From a virus (taxonomy: Duplodnaviria; Caudoviricetes), in IMG/VR virus record IMGVR_UViG_3300044983_000270, positions 1 through 38,872 of that record: DNA of 38,872 bases, one strand, 5' to 3'. Shown in pieces: positions 34,891 to 38,872 of the stretch; position 1 is the first letter of the stretch, and every line of letters starts with the position of its first letter. Made by a program: the position numbers and the translations under genes. Below the pieces are notes generated by a model. It was not told the DNA's origin. It saw only the letters and a program-made list of their open reading frames with translations, and searched no databases.

Positions 34891-35629
34891 TGAGTACGGT
34901 TTTTTTCTTTACGCGATATATATTGTATCCAATGATCATGGCAATGATGGAGCATAGTGCAACGATCATCCAGAATCGCTGCCTGGCAAGTGACCTCCAT
35001 TCATCCCGGTCCTTTTCGGTTCCAGCAACCTTCGTCAATGCTTTTTCTTTTGCATCCCGTTCTTTTGTTTCGATGCGACGAACCGAATCTACTTGCAGGG
35101 GATCCGTGACCTTGATCGGTTGGAAGTTGTTGATTACCGATCGCAATTGATCAATGATCATCTTCTGCCGATCGGTTTTCATTTTTAGTTCAGTAGCATA
35201 GTCTGATATGCCATTGACCACGCTGTCACAATTCCAGTTAGCCAGGTCATCATCGTTGAGTCCTTCCACACCATTTACCCAAATGGAATCGATGATGTGT
35301 TTCCTTAATGCCTGGAAAGCTTCCGAGGTTCTGTCCAGGATCTTATCCCGGGTGGCCAGTTCCTCCAGGAGAGAATCGGCAATTCTTTTTTTATCAGCAA
35401 AGTCAACGCTGTCAGCGTTGTTCTCATCACAAGGATGTTTCTGCCGGATGATATCGAGCGTTGCAGGAAACCGATCGGTGAGCTTATCTACTTTTTGCGT
35501 TGCTTTCTTTTCAGCATTGCAGCCGACAAATGCCATAGCAATAAGAATTGATATAACAGTTGTGATAAGAATGCCGATAACATGTTTGGTTCGCGATGGA
35601 TTAAATATCATGGTGTCATTTTTTTTCAT
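34865..35629 (-). CDS. Putative unimolecular spanin (start 35629 or 35611)
   Basis: Lipobox FVGC, coiled coil and C-terminal TM, within the lysis cassette. Confidence 0.6.
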   Translation of the reverse strand: MKKNDTMIFNPSRTKHVIGILITTVISILIAMAFVGCNAEKKATQKVDKLTDRFPATLDIIRQKHPCDENNADSVDFADKKRIADSLLEELATRDKILDRTSEAFQALRKHIIDSIWVNGVEGLNDDDLANWNCDSVVNGISDYATELKMKTDRQKMIIDQLRSVINNFQPIKVTDPLQVDSVRRIETKERDAKEKALTKVAGTEKDRDEWRSLARQRFWMIVALCSIIAMIIGYNIYRVKKKTVLNGINAATK

Positions 35630-35945
35630 ACGAATCTGGTTTCGGAGGTGGCGCCACAGCACTCAGTAATGCCAGTACTGCAGCAAGTACAAACTGACTC
35701 CATGTGAAGTGGCCGGTGTTTTGAACGGATATGAATGCAAAAGAGAGTGTGCCGATGATACCAGTAATGGTAACTCCTTTTCCTCTCCATTGATTTGCCA
35801 GGAAGGAAAGAACTGACATCAGCACAGCAAAGCCAACAACTTTCAGGCTGATCTCCTGCTCGCCAATGAATTGTTGTAATACCAGGCCGATAGATCCAAG
35901 CAGGCCCGCAATGAACACATAGTTTTTCTGAAAGAAATTTTTCAT
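35616..35945 (-). CDS. Putative holin (multi-TM)
   Basis: 109 aa with about 4 hydrophobic helices and a charged C-terminus. Confidence 0.65.
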   Translation of the reverse strand: MKNFFQKNYVFIAGLLGSIGLVLQQFIGEQEISLKVVGFAVLMSVLSFLANQWRGKGVTITGIIGTLSFAFISVQNTGHFTWSQFVLAAVLALLSAVAPPPKPDSYEKK

Positions 35946-35956
35946 ATGATTGATTT

Positions 35957-36217
35957 TTATTTTATTGATTTATTTAAAAAGTATCCAAGGAAAAAAAGAC
36001 CTAGAGTACTGATGGCGCCAATAACAATCCAAATGATAGTGGCCTTGCCTTTGTTCACATTACTTTCCGATTTCAATGCCTCGTTAGATTTTTTAAGATC
36101 CTTCACATCATCTTCCAATGCATCCACACGGCCATTGGTCTTTGTGGTCTGGATCAGGATCCTTTCCAGCTTATCGTTCAATTGATCGTAATAAAATTTT
36201 TCCATAGGTTGTGACAT
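35957..36217 (-). CDS. Holin/antiholin-like protein (coiled coil plus C-terminal TM)
   Basis: TNGRVDALE coil followed by IIWIVIGAISTLGLFFLGY. Confidence 0.55.
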   Translation of the reverse strand: MSQPMEKFYYDQLNDKLERILIQTTKTNGRVDALEDDVKDLKKSNEALKSESNVNKGKATIIWIVIGAISTLGLFFLGYFLNKSIK

Positions 36218-36218
36218 A

Positions 36219-36926
36219 TTATAAGGATATCGTTAATGATGTTGTGGTAATGTTGTCGCCTCCTTCAACATGATTTACCGGCCTTCCATTTATACCACCT
36301 CTTTGGCCCCAATTCACATAGCATTCATCGGCTGGACGCCAGATTCCATTAGACTGAAACATGAAAGCAGGATCCCAGATAATGGTTTTGATCGATCCTT
36401 TATCAGCCATTCCAAAACCGATCATGCCGGCAGTTGGCACTGTGTTCATGTCGAATTCAATAATGTCAGTACCGTTAATGCTGATGCGCCAGCGTGTATC
36501 AGTTACTTTGTAATATCGGAACACATTGACCTCGTACATTTGAGTGGTGCCGTTGATGATAACAATATTTAAACCGACAGGATAGTCAAAAAAGAATCCC
36601 GGTTTACCTTGCTTTCTTACTCCGACCTGGACAGGACCGCATTGAGCGAACATTTCACAGTCGTGGTTTACTTTATCCATGCGGGTTTCAAATGCTTCCA
36701 TGTTCAGGCAATATGCAATGGCGCCATTAAAGCCGGTACTGCCGCGCTGAACTGATGTTTCTTTTTTTGCTTTAAAAGATTCTATGAATGCTTTTAACAT
36801 TGAATCTTTTTCAGGCGTTCTTTTTATAAACTCAACAGATACGGGTTCTCCAGGATCAACATCTTTCCTGCAACACACGACTGTTATAATTAACAGGCCA
36901 ATTGATATGGATAATAGTTTTTTCAT
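36219..36926 (-). CDS. Putative lipoprotein with a beta-rich domain
   Basis: MKKLLSISIGLLIITVVC|C lipobox. Confidence 0.6.
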   Translation of the reverse strand: MKKLLSISIGLLIITVVCCRKDVDPGEPVSVEFIKRTPEKDSMLKAFIESFKAKKETSVQRGSTGFNGAIAYCLNMEAFETRMDKVNHDCEMFAQCGPVQVGVRKQGKPGFFFDYPVGLNIVIINGTTQMYEVNVFRYYKVTDTRWRISINGTDIIEFDMNTVPTAGMIGFGMADKGSIKTIIWDPAFMFQSNGIWRPADECYVNWGQRGGINGRPVNHVEGGDNITTTSLTISL

Positions 36927-36935
36927 TGATATGGT

Positions 36936-37697
36936 TTAAAAGAATCCTAAATGTGTTGTCTTATATTCAACAATTACCTGCCCTGCTGCACCGTCACCAC
37001 CCTTTCTATTGGTGGATGTACTTGACAATCCACCTGATCCACCACCACCGAAACTGCTTCCATTATTTTGAGTATTGGCGGAAGTAACCCCATTCCCACC
37101 AGCGCCACCTCCAATCGTTTTTGATGTACCAGCAGTGCCGCCACTTCCTGAATTTCCAGTACCGGTACTTCCTGCACCACCACCGCCGCCGCCTGACGCA
37201 GTAGATGAAACACCGCCTGCACCTGAACCACCAGCATTAACGACATCTCCTATGCCGCCTGTAGTTGATCCTATACCACCGGTGCCTGTCGCTCCCGTTG
37301 CATCAGCACCTCCAGCACCACCTTTAGCGATAACAGTACCCGAAGTATTAAACCAGGAATCTGTACCATTAGTGACAACGCCTCCGGTTGTAACTGCTAC
37401 TGCAACCGTGGCAACCGTTACAGTATAAGAAGTACCATTAGCTACCGTAACAACTTTTTTTGCATACTGCCCACCTGCACCACCGCCTGCACCCGATGCA
37501 GTACCTGATGCTACACCACCGGCACCGCCGCCGCCCCAGCATTCAACTGTAGCAGAGCTAACACCAGCAGGGCACACCCATGAACCGGTTACAGAAAATG
37601 TTTGATATTTTAATGGTCCATACCCGGTAGTTGTACTGCCGGATGATTGAGTAAATAATTTAACTGGTATCAATAAAAGGAACAATAGTTTTTTCAT
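36936..37697 (-). CDS. Glycine-rich domain protein with signal peptide
   Basis: W.CPAGV....VECWGGGGAGG...G.G..GQVIVEY, a tail-fibre-associated Gly-rich domain; MKKLLFLLL start. Confidence 0.75.
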   Translation of the reverse strand: MKKLLFLLLIPVKLFTQSSGSTTTGYGPLKYQTFSVTGSWVCPAGVSSATVECWGGGGAGGVASGTASGAGGGAGGQYAKKVVTVANGTSYTVTVATVAVAVTTGGVVTNGTDSWFNTSGTVIAKGGAGGADATGATGTGGIGSTTGGIGDVVNAGGSGAGGVSSTASGGGGGGAGSTGTGNSGSGGTAGTSKTIGGGAGGNGVTSANTQNNGSSFGGGGSGGLSSTSTNRKGGDGAAGQVIVEYKTTHLGFF

Positions 37698-37707
37698 ATC
37701 AATGTTT

Positions 37708-38872
37708 TTAGAATCCATCTAATACGCTTACTAAATCCCACTTTGTAACACCACCAACAGTTGTATATTGAACTTTTACTCTCATTAATTTTCCGGCTGT
37801 AGTGGTTGTAGGGAAAGCGAGAGTTGTCGATGCTCTGTAATTTGTTCCACTCCATGTAAGTGCTCTTGCACTTCCATCGTCTTTAATTACAAACTCTAAG
37901 AATTGCCCGTTAACAGGAGTACCGGAAGGATTACTAATAGTTGTTGCAGCCACTCCCTGGGCTGTTATTTCGTAAATGTCATCGGTGTCCGCATTTGGTG
38001 ACCATGTGGCGTTGGATGAAATAGAGGTAATCCTTTGGTTTATTCTTTTGTTCGTTAGCGTTGCGGTTGCACTATTCTTTGTTGCATCACTTGTATTGTC
38101 AACATTATCTAACGAAAGATCAACCTTAACGTTTGAGTAGCTGCGATGAGTAATAGTATTATCCGCATTTGTTCTTATATATCCGGTAGCAGACGGGTTT
38201 GTAAGCTGTACAATGTTTTGACCAACCGTTGTTGGTGTAATGCCTGCCCACGTTGAAAGATCGGCATCATAAGCCTGCACGTTTGTTCCTATTACTAGAT
38301 TTGCTTGAGTTCCAACATTACCACTTGCATCATAAACCAACATACCCGCTGGTGTTACTGGAAATGAAGATGAATTAACATAAGTGGGAATTACTAGTTG
38401 CCCCAAACTTGTAAATGCAGCTTGCTTAGTTATAGTACCCGCACGCTTTGAATAAAATTCAAAATCATCATCTTCGCTTGATCCTGTAACATCCGTTCTT
38501 TTTATTGCTAATCTTGCTGCTTCATTTGTTGCGCTTGCTCCTGTAGGAAGATTTAATCTTACATATCCGCCAATATTATTTGCAGGTGTTGCGGTGGTTA
38601 TTAGCGTTAAATCAAGAATCGGGCTTAATGTGTTTGTAGTTGCATTCTGTGTTTTTGAATGCACGCCAATACCACCGCCTGTTGCTTTACCTTCAACGCC
38701 GATACCAGTACCGTCATTTAAACCGTATATAGCCTGACCGCCACCAGTGCTTTTAATTCCCTGAAAAGTAGCGGCGCTTCCTGTTCCAGTTACTACGAGT
38801 GTATTTGTTCCTGCTGTTACAGTTACATTACCCGGTAATGATCCATCACCAGAATAAATACCGTTTCCATCT
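37708..38872 (-). CDS. Tail fibre-like protein, 5' part outside the window
   Basis: Frame stays open to the window end (NGIYSGDGSL...); IGTNVQAYDADL and LDNVDNTSD fibre motifs. Confidence 0.75.
   Translation of the reverse strand, partial: DGNGIYSGDGSLPGNVTVTAGTNTLVVTGTGSAATFQGIKSTGGGQAIYGLNDGTGIGVEGKATGGGIGVHSKTQNATTNTLSPILDLTLITTATPANNIGGYVRLNLPTGASATNEAARLAIKRTDVTGSSEDDDFEFYSKRAGTITKQAAFTSLGQLVIPTYVNSSSFPVTPAGMLVYDASGNVGTQANLVIGTNVQAYDADLSTWAGITPTTVGQNIVQLTNPSATGYIRTNADNTITHRSYSNVKVDLSLDNVDNTSDATKNSATATLTNKRINQRITSISSNATWSPNADTDDIYEITAQGVAATTISNPSGTPVNGQFLEFVIKDDGSARALTWSGTNYRASTTLAFPTTTTAGKLMRVKVQYTTVGGVTKWDLVSVLDGF

Larger units (their letters stand above)
1..38872. mobile_element. Partial genome of a temperate siphovirus-like phage/prophage, probably Bacteroidota host
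   Basis: Terminase, portal, S49 protease, capsid, tape measure, lysis, repressor and primase genes are all present; no host housekeeping genes; no att site or integrase in the window. Confidence 0.93.

Noticed and set aside
670-37428. Numerous plus-strand ORFs in the track
   Set aside because: They are antisense shadows of well-supported minus-strand genes; only 11700, 24126 and possibly 34305 were kept.
36970-37560. CCACCA/CCGCCG-rich stretch as a DNA tandem repeat
   Set aside because: It is explained by glycine codons of the Gly-rich domain.
36936-38872. Tail fibre genes as additional DGR targets
   Set aside because: No TR-like sequence or GVRLC motif was seen by eye; targets outside the window cannot be excluded.

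Overview
This window is about 39 kb of a tailed, siphovirus-like temperate phage or prophage, most likely from a Bacteroidota host (TAnnTTTG promoters, A-rich translation starts). Almost all genes are on the minus strand. Read right to left they encode tail-fibre and signal-peptide proteins, a lysis cassette, S49 protease/scaffold, major capsid, tail tube, tape measure, morons, portal/head-tail/tail-tip proteins, terminase, a cI/cro-like switch and an early/replication operon. No integrase is visible and both ends are truncated. The main result is a diversity-generating retroelement (DGR) inside the early operon, directly downstream of the primase-helicase. It has a reverse transcriptase (5150-6109), a 74-nt template repeat (6211-6284) enclosed by a base-paired stem, and two tandem small, non-tail target genes. 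Their variable repeats (6393-6466 and 6845-6918) differ from the template almost only at adenines (11 of 12 and 13 of 13 mismatches). No Avd gene is recognisable; a 99-aa gene overlaps the RT instead. Also found: a four-copy probable late-promoter motif, a candidate small RNA of about 70 nt, and operator and DnaA-box-like sites in the switch. Protein family names come from motif recognition, not database searches.
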